Made by a program: the position numbers and the translations under genes. Under the pieces are notes generated by a model. The model did not search any database. It worked only from the letters and a program-made list of their open reading frames with translations, and was not told the DNA's origin. From Laetmonice hystrix (lineage: Eukaryota), in NCBI GenBank assembly GCA_965235115.1, contig OZ249448.1, forward strand, positions 14,880,001 through 14,944,000: DNA of 64,000 nt. The letters are read 5' to 3'. Shown here in pieces: positions 38,301 to 48,858 of this stretch (its first letter is position 1; every line of letters begins with the position of its first letter).

Positions 38301-41300
38301 CAGTCTATTACATCACGTTGGGGGGGGGGGGGTCGATAGTTTTCCATACTTACACGTCCTTTAATGTCCAGCTGAAACAATAAACATTCTTGCGTTTAGC
38401 GACCAGGACAAATTCTATACCTTTAAATATTAAATCACTGTTTGATGATGTTGCTGGGTTGAGATGTGCGTAGACAAAGTCAAGGAGAGAAGGAGTTTTA
38501 GTAACCGACTTACCCCGATGTTCGTTTCTCTGTTCACTAACTCGGCGATCTTGACGAAGGTACCATTTGCCGCCATGTCCATTATCCAGTAGTCGGGTTC
38601 GCGGTCAGCATTCCCATCCAAGATTATCGAACCTGTCTTCCCTGAAATCAAAACCGACATATTATTAGCAGTTATTCTTGACGTTCTGGTTCGGATTTCC
38701 ATGGGATTTAGAAAAAAAGGTCCTGAATGTGGCAATATTCCAAGCTAAGGTTATTGGCTGGCTACAGGCCTGACATATAGTCAAATCATTCAAAGGCAGT
38801 GGGTTTTTTTCATATCTCCAGCCGAACTACGACTATAGCACTAAAAACTACCGAAAGAACAGTGGCAGCAACACAGAATAAAATCGTTTTTACCTATAAA
38901 ACGTTTCCATTTCATATTCTTGGCCAAAGCTTCGCCGCTCCTTGGGTTGTCGCCTTTTGCTAACGTTTCGTTGAGAGCGATAGCATAGAGGTACACGGCA
39001 TCGTGTAGGAATGGCGAGTACTTGTCTCCGTTAGTATAAGATCCCATCTGCAACAGCGGAGAACAGGCTTTTGGACATGTCCTTACGCAGTGCTGAATTC
39101 GCCAGAACACGGAGGTTGTTCGCAACATTATACCGTGGCAGTATACGTGTGCGCTTGCCTGGGGAAACCAATAATAATCGGAATGAATTTGTTTATAATG
39201 TCGACGGCCACTCCCAAACTCGTGCGATTTGATATGAGACAATATGAAGTCACACTCTGCAATAAAAGAATGCTTGAATTCATGTCATGATGTGAGTGGG
39301 ACATGTCTGATTTTGATCATAGTTTTCTCTTGTTTTAAGAGAGCATTCTTCTATTGTTTTCTACTGTAGAAAGTCTACGCGTGGTCTTTCATTGTCTGGG
39401 AAGGGCGTATGCCAAAAACTTGCTCGAGGGCAATTCGATGTTCCAATGGGTATATATTTCTATAAATTTAGAAGGCAACTTGCTTGCGAAAAAGAGTTTT
39501 TTTAAAGAATCATCAGGGGGAATCATCCGCCCTCGCTACGGCCATATGACCAGTAACTTGTGGTCTGGAAGACAGAAAACAACGGTCAGACATACCCACG
39601 CTGTGGTATACGGTACAGAAAGTTAATAATGTCAGTATCTTGGGACTAAATCACGTCCAATGCATAGAGTAAACAGGCTTAACACATCACTAAACACCCT
39701 TCTGTATAAAACGTATTCTCACCCGTTTGTTCAGCTGCAGATGAAATATGAAACATCATTATATCGGAGCATACAGTTATATGGCAAGGATCACATTTGA
39801 AAATTTCGATATCAGCAACGTATTGTTCAATGCGGCGATGAAATGACACGTTCTGTCCTGCGGGTAAAGTCTGCCAAGAAAATCTCATGTAATATACTCG
39901 CCAGTCTCAATGATGCTGCAATATTCAAATGACGCGATTTAATATTAAGTAAATCAGACACGCGCGGCCACGAGAATATAATCATATTCCTCACCAGCTC
40001 CTGCGAGAGATCATGAATTATCTTTCTATTAAAGGCTGATAAAAAAAAGTATACATGTAAGGTTTTGCTGTTACAACGGCAAAAATAAAACTATGTCAAT
40101 ATACACGTCATTAAATCAAACACTTGTCATTTTGAAGCAAGTGTTTTACCCACTATAAACATCAAGTTGTAAACCTTCCTTGTACTACCACCAAATCTAT
40201 AGCGCGGAAGTCACGTGACATACTATAGTGACCCTGTGGATTAGAGAGTTTCTCACCAGTGACGTCTGCGATCAGGAGGTATATAAAAGGTTAGAGGCAC
40301 AGTCAAAATAGAACTATACACAAGAAAATCAATGTTCTATGGCTATATACAGTAGGGTTGAACGTTATGTCAACGTAAAATTTTCTCTTGGATGGATGTT
40401 TACCTATAAACACTAAATTAGATTCTAAAATGAAATGTTCCTAGACCCCATCATATAAAATCGGCATGTGTGCTGCCGTAAACTGCGTCATTATTTAGAG
40501 AAAACGACAACCGGTTGACTCATCTTACACTTACGTCTATCCATTCTGATATGTACTGGCTCCAGGGTGGCAGGCGCATGCGTCGTGCCACTTCCTTTCG
40601 GAAGACATTAACTTCAGTATTTGTGAGTGCGGCCAAGACAACCTAGCATAAGAAGGCATTCCAGTAAAGCAGCCAGGAAACGCATAGCTAGATTCAAAGA
40701 TCTCTCAGGTCACAGAATAAAGACACCGGCAGGCGTGTTTTCAGGGGGGTCCAGACCCCCCCCCCCGTGCTCCCTCAGAGCAGAGATTTTTCTCTTAGAT
40801 TCAACGGAATGACGTCGAACGAGCAAGTGCGAAGCATTCCCGCGTTTTGAACCCGTTGAGAGATGAATCCACAAAATATAAGGCCCTAAAATGGCCCCTT
40901 AATAGGGGGAAATCGCGTTTCACAGCTTCTAATTTTTAAAAATTTCCTGAGTCCCCCCCCCCCGCTGAAAATCCTTGGCACGCGCCTGTTGGCACTTGCA
41001 TACTGATAAATCATTTAGCAAGGGACAGATAAAATGGAAAAAAATGAAAACTTAAATACAAAGACAGCAAAATGTTACAATAAATGCCACAGCACACAAT
41101 TCTACCAGTTCTCAACAATGTGAAATGGTGCATTCTTCCTACAAAATTACGTTTTTCCATTAACCAGCGCGATGTTGCCATCTGCTTCCTAATGATTAAG
41201 GTGAGGAGACTGTGAGCTCGCCTCCTATGAAGGTATATAGGCTATACGTATGACCGAAAATTGAGACCTGCAACAGCCGTCACGCTTAATCTACTATTAA

Positions 41301-43362
41301 CGATCGACTTCTGGCCTTTTGTAAGCTTACATGAAAGACGCTTTCAAAAGCCCTCCTGGCGGCCCAATCTCTTTCGTCTTGACCTCGCCAAACTTCGGCT
41401 ACCGATGTGATGTCATCAGTGGGCGTCACGTCCATCGTAATGAATACATACTCGCCGTCCGTCATCCCAAGGTCGTAAGCCTTGAGCATAATCTCGCGAC
41501 GTTCCGCCATCGGACAAATGACGACAACAACTGAGAACAGGTCAGAGTAATGATCGTGTTACAGGGGAGGATCCAGGATTTTGTAAAGGAATACAAATAG
41601 GGGGGAGTCCAACAGGTGTATGTAGGAACAAGTAAACTAAACAAGATTCTGCATATACATGTATTCACCTAGACGTCATCGTCCCCTTCTAGTTCAAATC
41701 CTGGGCCCGGTTTCAGAAAGGTTAGCATGATCTTAACCTAAGCTCTGCTTAGCCTTTTAGGACCCCTGATTGGCTGGTCATCTGCTGCTCAGCTTCAACC
41801 AGCCAATCAGGGGTCCTAAAAGGCTAAGCAGAGCTTAAGTTAAGATCATGCTAACTTTTCTGAAACCGGGCCCAGCTCTCAACAAAACCAAAACGTTTTT
41901 CAAACCAGGTAAAACCCCGACAAGTATTATGATCCAGACCATTGTGGCTAGTTTACCTCTGGCCTCTAGTTTAATCTTGCGCAGTGAACGGTCAATAAAA
42001 GCGTCCGTCGGCCTGTTGTCGTAGGTGGCTGAATAGGAAATGGTAAGGTTCGACGTCGAGAACACCTTACGAAGTGCCTTGGATGCATCTTTCCACAACA
42101 GGAAATCGGATGATATTATGGCCACGCGATTCCAGCCCGATTCTTTCAGAAACTGGAAATAACAATATAGTGGCAACACGTAAAATGGATTCTTATGGGT
42201 ATATCCGTAAAAATCTTGATTATTATTCGGTGAAGCCAACCAAAAGGGTGCTAGTATTGGCATAGCCCTCGCCGCCAAATGCATGCCACTACCAACGAAG
42301 TCATCAAATAGACTCGACAATTTAGCTGTTAGAAGTAGAAGAGTCGTACCTGCAACAAGAAAACTCCCATTTTGTTGAGAGGACCCAGCGTGCGAGCTAA
42401 AGTACTGTAGATGGTAGAGTCGGTAAAATCTGGGTCTGTTGCCACCCAGGATATAATTGGTTTGTCCCAGAACGAGGCGAGTTCGGCAACTGGCCTGCAG
42501 GCTGTAAGAGAAAGAACGTCAGTGTCACATTAACGTCGTGTGCATATATCACAGCAGTGTTGGGGATTCTGTGGGGGTAAATGCAGGCAGAAAAGGTATT
42601 TTATAATTTGTTATAGGACACGGAGGCTAAAGAGTATAACCCCTTCGCTCCATTGCAGTAAGAATGCCTTTACTTTTACCACTTACCTATAGTTGGTCGT
42701 CTTACGTCCTGTCGGCAGGGCGAACACAAATCTTTCATTTAAGGATGTATAAATACCATACTCGGACACTTACCTATGGAGCATGGAGGTCCGATGAAAA
42801 CATCAACGTTATATTCAATGTGCATTCGGACAGCATTGCCTGCCGCTTTCTTACTCGAACATGCTGTATCTAAGGTCATAACCCTATCAAATCGAACAAA
42901 ATATACACTTACTATTCAAGCATTCTTAGAAAGGCAACATTAATCAAGGGATAGAAAATGCATAATTTTCATGATTAAAGGCATATCTTTTAAATTTTCA
43001 TGTCCAAACCTAGGTGCTATATTATTACATGAAGAAAATAGATGTAAAGGGTGTGAGAAGTGAAACACTCAAGGAGCCAATAACCGCTCGGACACTTACT
43101 CAAGTCTGATGCTGTTGTTGAGAGTCGGGTCTGCCTGGATCTTCTCCACTGCCAGACTCACGGCGCTGGCGCTCGTCAGGGCGCTGAAGCTATCAAAGCT
43201 GGCGTTCCAAGGAGCTAGAAGCCCCATCAGGAAAGTCTCCTGGCCGAGGGTGTCTACAAAAAGAGACAAAAAACAGGCGAGAAAAGCTAGGCTCCTACTG
43301 AGAGCCTGCTTCGGGAATGGCGCCAAGTCATTGTCAGGGGCAAACCTCTTCAACAAAAGCAT
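26342..43362 (-). CDS. Receptor (membrane) guanylyl cyclase of the natriuretic peptide receptor type, about 1093 aa. Exons: 43362-43100, 42883-42774, 42501-42350, 42152-41957, 41530-41331, 39870-39775, 39047-38894, 38641-38514, (optional 38371-38354), 37838-37810, 37543-37434, 37255-37171, 36455-36356, 36005-35928, 35722-35585, 34730-34626, 33705-33544, 33023-32951, 31687-31538, 30809-30632, 30367-30230, 29770-29647, 29520-29452, 29047-28885, 28224-28114, 26830-26739, 26419-26342
   Basis: Signal-like segment [17 protein letters not shown]; ANF-receptor extracellular motifs VFIGPPCS and [17 protein letters not shown]; juxtamembrane PKDTPRCGF; TM helix [23 protein letters not shown]. The pseudokinase domain has [16 protein letters not shown] and [10 protein letters not shown]. 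The linker is [16 protein letters not shown]. The cyclase core has [25 protein letters not shown] and [18 protein letters not shown] (GTP-specifying E and C, catalytic N and R). Junction phases sum to 3282 nt. The exact orthologue was not determined. Confidence 0.93.
26571..26707. mobile_element. Diverged palindromic Harbinger-like MITE in the last cyclase intron
   Basis: ggacccggctttttaaa ... tttcaaaaaccgggcc with an internal ctgattgg/ccaatcag inversion. The architecture is the same as the 41704 and 51761 elements. Confidence 0.55.
26814..27915. repeat. Minisatellite of 19 x 58 bp with no indels, covering the branch point, 3' splice site and exon start of the penultimate guanylyl cyclase exon
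   Basis: The unit gacatggatgccgagggctacgataatagagagattacagtcagttattggtaaccat starts at 26814, 26872 ... 27858 (1044/58 = 18 intervals). Only a few positions vary. Confidence 0.97.
29839..30096. mobile_element. MITE with CAGTGGCG/CCCCTG termini and a 5-bp TSD (aatac)
   Basis: aatac|cagtggcgtatccgg ... ctggatacacccctg|aatac. Confidence 0.8.
34407..34482. repeat. Two-copy 37-bp tandem duplication in a cyclase intron
   Basis: cggcctaatttacacacctc(g/c)ctttcatacacaatta occurs twice. Confidence 0.85.
34971..35507. mobile_element. Kolobok-like non-autonomous DNA transposon with TTAA target-site duplication
   Basis: ttaa|aggggcatattatga ... tcatagtatgcccct|ttaa. TTAA TSD with AGG termini is typical of Kolobok. 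Confidence 0.75.
36485..37025. repeat. Minisatellite of about 13 x 39-42 bp in the intron after the cyclase TM exon
   Basis: The repeated unit is approximately ggtaggaccagtgttcgcaagtcggatcgggtcgcactgag. The repetitive ORFs in the track come from it. Confidence 0.92.
41704..41872. mobile_element. Near-perfect palindromic MITE (Harbinger-like, CWG flanks) in cyclase intron 4
   Basis: Arms of about 75 bp, ggcccggtttcagaaaggttagcatgatcttaac...ctgattggctggt, and their reverse complement surround a loop of about 20 nt. It is almost identical to 51761-51933. Confidence 0.92.
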
Positions 43363-44638
43363 GACGATGTTAAGGTGGACGTCTTGCCCTTAGTCACTCA
43401 GTGTTTGGGAAGCGGAACCTTCCACCACATCCAAACTAAGTAGTTTTGTTAATGTTGTGTAGGTTGTATTTGGCAGGAAAGCTCTTCTGGTGAAATCTGT
43501 CTCGGCTGACTGAGTCGGGTTGAACCACAATAATCAGCTGGTCTGACGACTGCATGGCCTGTCCACGTTATATAAGGTCCCACAGGAGAGGAGCTCACAA
43601 AGGGCGTTGGCTGGTAATGGATACTTCCTCTGGTTCATGGGATTTTCGTGTTTGCCCAGGGCGTAAGATCACCCAAGGTGTCTATCGCGAAGGGTATTCT
43701 TCGCATCCTTATTGTTCTATTGTCTCGGCCTCCTGGTGCTTCATGTCCCTCAGGCCACCGCCCCACACTTAATAATGAGGTGCTGATCAGTATATTGGTG
43801 ATGAGTACCCAGGTGCATAGGTCTTTACCCCGGTAACCCTTAGGGAACTGGGACTCCCCCCCCCCCAATAAGGCCCTTATTTACCTTTTCTTTCATTTCA
43901 CCAAGTTTTCACCGTGAAGATAGCCTAACTTACTGACACGGTGTATAACCGCTGTCCACTACTAATTGTTGAAGTTGCCAGGTTAAATATTTGCGCTTGC
44001 AATCAATTGCAGTGTTTTCCGAGTCCGATAACACCCCCCCCCCCATCTGTATGGTCGGCATATTCCTGTATAGGCCTGACATAGGCCATACATGATCCTT
44101 GTCCTTGACCGAAACCTATACTATTCACGATAGCCTAATAAATAGTAGAGCATCTGGAAAACGTATACTCTGGAATAATAGAATAATAACCGAAGCTGAT
44201 AATTTACTACAAAATTAAAACAAGTCTAGTAAACAAAACTGAAGTAGATATAGACTGCCGTGCCTGTCAATATATGAATACCTATTATATTGAACGACTA
44301 TGGCAGGCCTAATTCCTCCCGTAAATCACTTATGTAACCTGAATACCCTGTTCTGCCTATGGCGCAAGCAGGCCCCATCCCCGATCATGGACGTGTGCAC
44401 CGTGGTGCCGGTTGTTGTGTGTTGCGTGGTGCCGCCTGGCGGCGATCGCGTGCAGTTTCCGCCGTCAATGCCTCCGGCGTGCGTTCAGCACCAGGTAGCG
44501 TCACAGAACGTCACAGAACGTTACGAAACGTTTTGTTCTAATTAGGTTGTAAAGTTTCGTAACGTGTTACAAAACAAACGCTTATTTAACCGTATACCTG
44601 CCAATACCTGCCAATAGAGGTCACTTATTTAGCAGGTG

Positions 44639-44818
44639 CAGGCGCGAATCCAGGAATTTTTTGCAGCGGGGGGGTCCAGAAGATGCGAGCCACCGGGGGG
44701 ATGGCGCAAGGGTCTGGGGGCCTTCCCCGATAACATTACAAAAACCTAAGTTGGTCCCGAGCAGGGGGGGGGGAGTCCCGACCTCCTGGACCCCCTCCCC
44801 CCTCTGGATCCGCCCCTG
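44639..44818. mobile_element. MITE with CAGG..GAATCCAG termini and a 5-bp TSD (aggtg)
   Basis: aggtg|caggcgcgaatccagg ... ctggatccgcccctg|aggtg. Confidence 0.8.
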
Positions 44819-45460
44819 AGGTGTTGCCACCTACGGCACCTAAACGGTCGTTAATCAGATCAATAATATTATTCTAAATTTCTACATTTCTACACATTTT
44901 TTGACCAATTTTTTAAAACAGATTATTGGTCTAAACATGTCAAGAATGCTAGTCTTAAACTGTCTGAACAAAAACGTTACAAACTTCTAAATGTGTTTAG
45001 GAATATGACACAATATGTTTAGCTATGTGCCATGTTTACAGGCGTTTAATTCTTGACATGTTTAGACCAATGATGTGTTAAAAAAGTGGGCACAAGAAAG
45101 GTGTTTAGGATTGTGTTTAAATTCTGAACGCCGTTCCCACATAATTTTATAGGCCTCTATATGTACATAATATATGCTTAGAACTTTATTATAAGAAATA
45201 CATTCACATGCAGTGATCTCCCTTACACGTACTGGTATTTATACATGTATGAAATTCATGTGCATCATTGCGACACAAGTCAGTAGGCTGCCGAATAGTC
45301 CGGTGGAAGGACTTCCGTTTTCGTAACGCTATGGTATGGGAGTGATACGGCCTAGGGGGATTCTATATCTATATTCTTACCCGTGACGTCACGGCAGTTC
45401 ACTGACTTGAGCCATGATTGCCACTATTCAGATCTGTATCGAAGTGTGAGGGATTATTTG

Positions 45461-45474
45461 CCACCAGGGGGCGC
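45461..45474 (+). promoter_or_regulatory. CTCF core consensus match between the divergent cyclase and GPCR genes
   Basis: The sequence CCACCAGGGGGCGC matches the bilaterian CTCF core. This is a motif match only. Confidence 0.4.
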
Positions 45475-46091
45475 GTCAGTGCATGCGCGGTCTCCCGCGG
45501 ACCTGGTCGGTCAAGCCCAGTTCCCCGTATGCCGCCGTGTCACAGCATTGGCGTGCCGATGGCAGCTATACAGCAGCTGTTCGAGTGGTAGCAGCTGGGC
45601 TGCATGGCGTCAGTCAGAACCCAGAGACAGCGGCTGCTATTGGTAGGGCCTGCCACCGTCAGACAACATGCATGACCAAGCAAAGGAAAGGGAACCGCTG
45701 GGTTTCCCTTTGTATGTCAGAGCATTCCAAGACGTCACGTTATCTAAACATAGGCCTTCATGGCTCTAAAAGAAACGAATGGATTTCGATTGTGCATGTC
45801 AACGACGTGAGCGCACAGAACTCTTTGAAAACGTGAACTAAGAGGTGTACGGAAAGGATTCAAGTGATTTCCATTTCAGAACTACATCGGGGTTTCTGAA
45901 TGAAACTGGAAACCTATTCAATACGCAGCGAGTCTTTCGCCGGGTTCAAAGGCGTCTCAGTTCCCTGTGATATAAGTTTCTGACAGTTTGCGTCGGGATG
46001 CGGAACAAATGCAGTGTGCAGAGAATGAGGAAGGACCAAGCCCACGTACTCAGGGTTGGGCTAGGCCAACACTTTCATTCGTACTGTTGAG

Positions 46092-47357
46092 ATGTTGACT
46101 GACTTCAACAACATGAGTGAGGATGTTACCCTTCGTTTGGAAGAAGAGGAGATGCGTCAGTTGCCTCGGGAATTGCTGCGTTTGCTTACAAATTTCAGCA
46201 GTTCCATCAATAGCTCGGATGAAGCGTTGTGGGCGGATTCCAAGTCTGGGCCTACGTTGTTTCGTCTGGCTATAACGTATATCGACATTTACGTCGTACC
46301 ATTGATCGCGTTAGTGGGCGTTCTCGGAAATGTGCTCTCTTTCACCGTTTTCGTCTGCACGTTCATGCGTAGGTTAAGCTCAAGTATATATCTTGCCGCT
46401 CTTGCTTTGGCCGACCTGGGGTTTCTGGTTTGTGTCCTGGTTAGCTGGACGATCAACGTGGGATTGGACCTTTATGCTCAAAACGGCTGGTGCCAAACGT
46501 TTATCTATCTGACATATGTCAGCAGTTTCCTCAGTGTTTGGTATGTTGTGAGCTTCACGACAGAGAGATACATCGTTGTACATTTTCCTCTTCGCCGTCA
46601 GGACCTCTGCACGGCAAGGAGAGCCAAATATGTGGTGAGCGGTCTGGCAATATTTTCACTTTCAATATACACGTTTGGCACTTGGACCACGGGGGTTAAT
46701 ACGATGTACATCATGCCCGTGTGCGGTCCGCTGCCCAAATTCCACAGGTTTATCAGTATCGTGCACAATATCGATACAGTCATCACACTGATTTTACCGT
46801 TCTTTGCTATACTCATAATGAACGTCCGGATTGCCTACAAAGTGGCGCAGTTTTACAAGGAACATAAACATCTCCAGCTGCACTCAGTGTCATACACCCG
46901 TGGAAGTACGCCATTCCGACGATGCCAGACTCACGTCTACCAAAGGACCAACTCCATGTACACACGGACACAGGTTCGAGTCACTAAAATGTTGCTCACA
47001 GTTTCTACAGTATTCCTTCTGCTCAACTTACCTCGACATACCGTTAGGACGTACTCCTTCATACGAACGTTGACTGATAAAGATTATAATCCAACAGAGA
47101 CGTATATTTTATGGCAGAAACTATTCCAGTTTTTAAACTATCTGCAGTTCTCTGTTAACTTGTTTTTGTACAGTGCCTTCGGAAGAAATTTTCGGAAAGC
47201 CCTGTTCTTGCTGTGGCGAAAGATAAAACATAACTTCGTGACCATTCTTGCCAGAACGTCGGTGATTCAGCCAAACGGGAGTCTTTTCCGTGCTGGGGGT
47301 GTCGAGATCAGACTGAAGGACTACAGGAACTTCTCAGGAGAGAGTCGATATGTCTGA
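46092..47357 (+). CDS. Intronless class A (rhodopsin-like) peptide GPCR of the FMRFamide / sex-peptide / TRH-receptor-like group, 421 aa
   Basis: One ORF with 7 hydrophobic segments: TM1 GVLGN, TM2 LALADL, a Cys at the start of TM3 (GWCQ), an ERY motif, ECL2 Cys, TM6 FLLLNLP, TM7 SVNLFLY and helix 8 FRKAL. N-terminal N-glycosylation sequons are present. Confidence 0.93.
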   Translation: MLTDFNNMSEDVTLRLEEEEMRQLPRELLRLLTNFSSSINSSDEALWADSKSGPTLFRLAITYIDIYVVPLIALVGVLGNVLSFTVFVCTFMRRLSSSIYLAALALADLGFLVCVLVSWTINVGLDLYAQNGWCQTFIYLTYVSSFLSVWYVVSFTTERYIVVHFPLRRQDLCTARRAKYVVSGLAIFSLSIYTFGTWTTGVNTMYIMPVCGPLPKFHRFISIVHNIDTVITLILPFFAILIMNVRIAYKVAQFYKEHKHLQLHSVSYTRGSTPFRRCQTHVYQRTNSMYTRTQVRVTKMLLTVSTVFLLLNLPRHTVRTYSFIRTLTDKDYNPTETYILWQKLFQFLNYLQFSVNLFLYSAFGRNFRKALFLLWRKIKHNFVTILARTSVIQPNGSLFRAGGVEIRLKDYRNFSGESRYV

Positions 47358-48262
47358 CACAGCAGTTCCATTAGAGACCTACATTCAGAGCAGGGCCGTA
47401 CAATGTCAGCCATTCAATATTCGTGAAGTCTTACATTTTCAGTTATATAATATATTGACAATTGCTCTGTGCTGACGATGAAACATAAGGGAATTACTCA
47501 TAACACTATTGTTGTTTAGAAATGGAGTGGGCCGACTACGTGTGGCTTACCGTGGATGGTATAATTTATTGTATACCCTCGGTCAGTATTATGTTTACTG
47601 TGATGTTGTCCAAGTTCTGCGATAAAGGATTGATTGTTTATGTTAAGAACGTTATAAATAAGCTATTGACAAGGAACTGCATACGGTCCCATGATTGCAG
47701 CTGTTTGAAAATGCTCTTGTATTGATTCATTTGGAGGAAAAACAGGATAGTATGTGTCTTATCGGTTTTTTGATGGTGCTGAAACTCTACATGATAATGA
47801 ATGGTGATTCATTTGCCGAAATACTAGATTCTTGTTTCTTGGTGACCATGCAGTTGTGAGTAAGATTTTGTATGTATATTTTTCGAGCAGTTCTTTTCGT
47901 CTCTATCATTTTGTTGTTGCCGTTTTCAGTGCGTATACCTTACCATTACAGTATTGTCTGCTCGTACGGACGATTTGCTTTTTCAACACGCCAATTACGC
48001 AAATATCATATCCAAACTTTATACAGTGCTCTTGTAAGCTATCCACAACCTACAGTATCCATCTCGCTATACTGTAAACAACATAATCAAGACCGCAATA
48101 AGTCTTCTGTGACTATACGATTCTTTGCTGAGGCCGTTTGTAAACTCTGCTAATCACTTGAGTGTACAATAAAAGAGCAGTATATTATAACTTATTATTC
48201 TTTTGTTTCTAATATATAAGACTACTTTCCAGATTACCATTGCATGTTCTGTCCAAATTGAT

Positions 48263-48858
48263 ATGGCTGGACAAACGTGGGCTGGGGGTATTCACTAAGC
48301 GCATGGTACTCTCCGATCTGTGACCGACAGCCTGTCCCTTAATGGCTGTCGGGCGTGGTAGTTTTGGTCCGTTTCCGGTGTCACATACCTACCTAAATTT
48401 GTAATCATCGTTTCGTATTTGCGCTTATCGTTTTGCTCCTGCGTTCGTCGTTTTGCTTTTGTATTCGTCGTTTTGCTTTTGCGAACACATTTCTGTGTTT
48501 GCGTTTGTCGTTTTGCTTTTGTATTCGTCGTTTTGCTTTTGCGAACACCATTTCTCTGTTTGCATTCGTCATTTTGCTTTTGCATTCATCGTTTTCCTTT
48601 TGTAATCATCGTTTTGCTTTTGCGAACAGCGTTTCTGTGCTTGCGTTTGTCATTTTCCGTTTGTATTCGTCGTTTTGGCTTTTGTAATCATCGTTTTGCT
48701 TTTGCGAACACCGTTTCTGTGTTTGCGTTTGTCGTTTTCCTTTTGTATTCGTCGTTTTGGCTTTTGCGAACACCATTTCTCTGTTTGCATTCGTCATTTT
48801 GCTTTTGTGCTCGTCGTTTCCTATTTGTATTCGCCGTTGGCACTAACCAGCCACCATA
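48263..48858. repeat. Low-complexity (ttcgtcgttttgcttttg)-type degenerate array, probably the body of a non-autonomous element
   Basis: Dense repeats of cgtcgttttgctttt and gcgaacacc at about 48400-48830. Both ends read tatgg... inwards. Confidence 0.7.
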
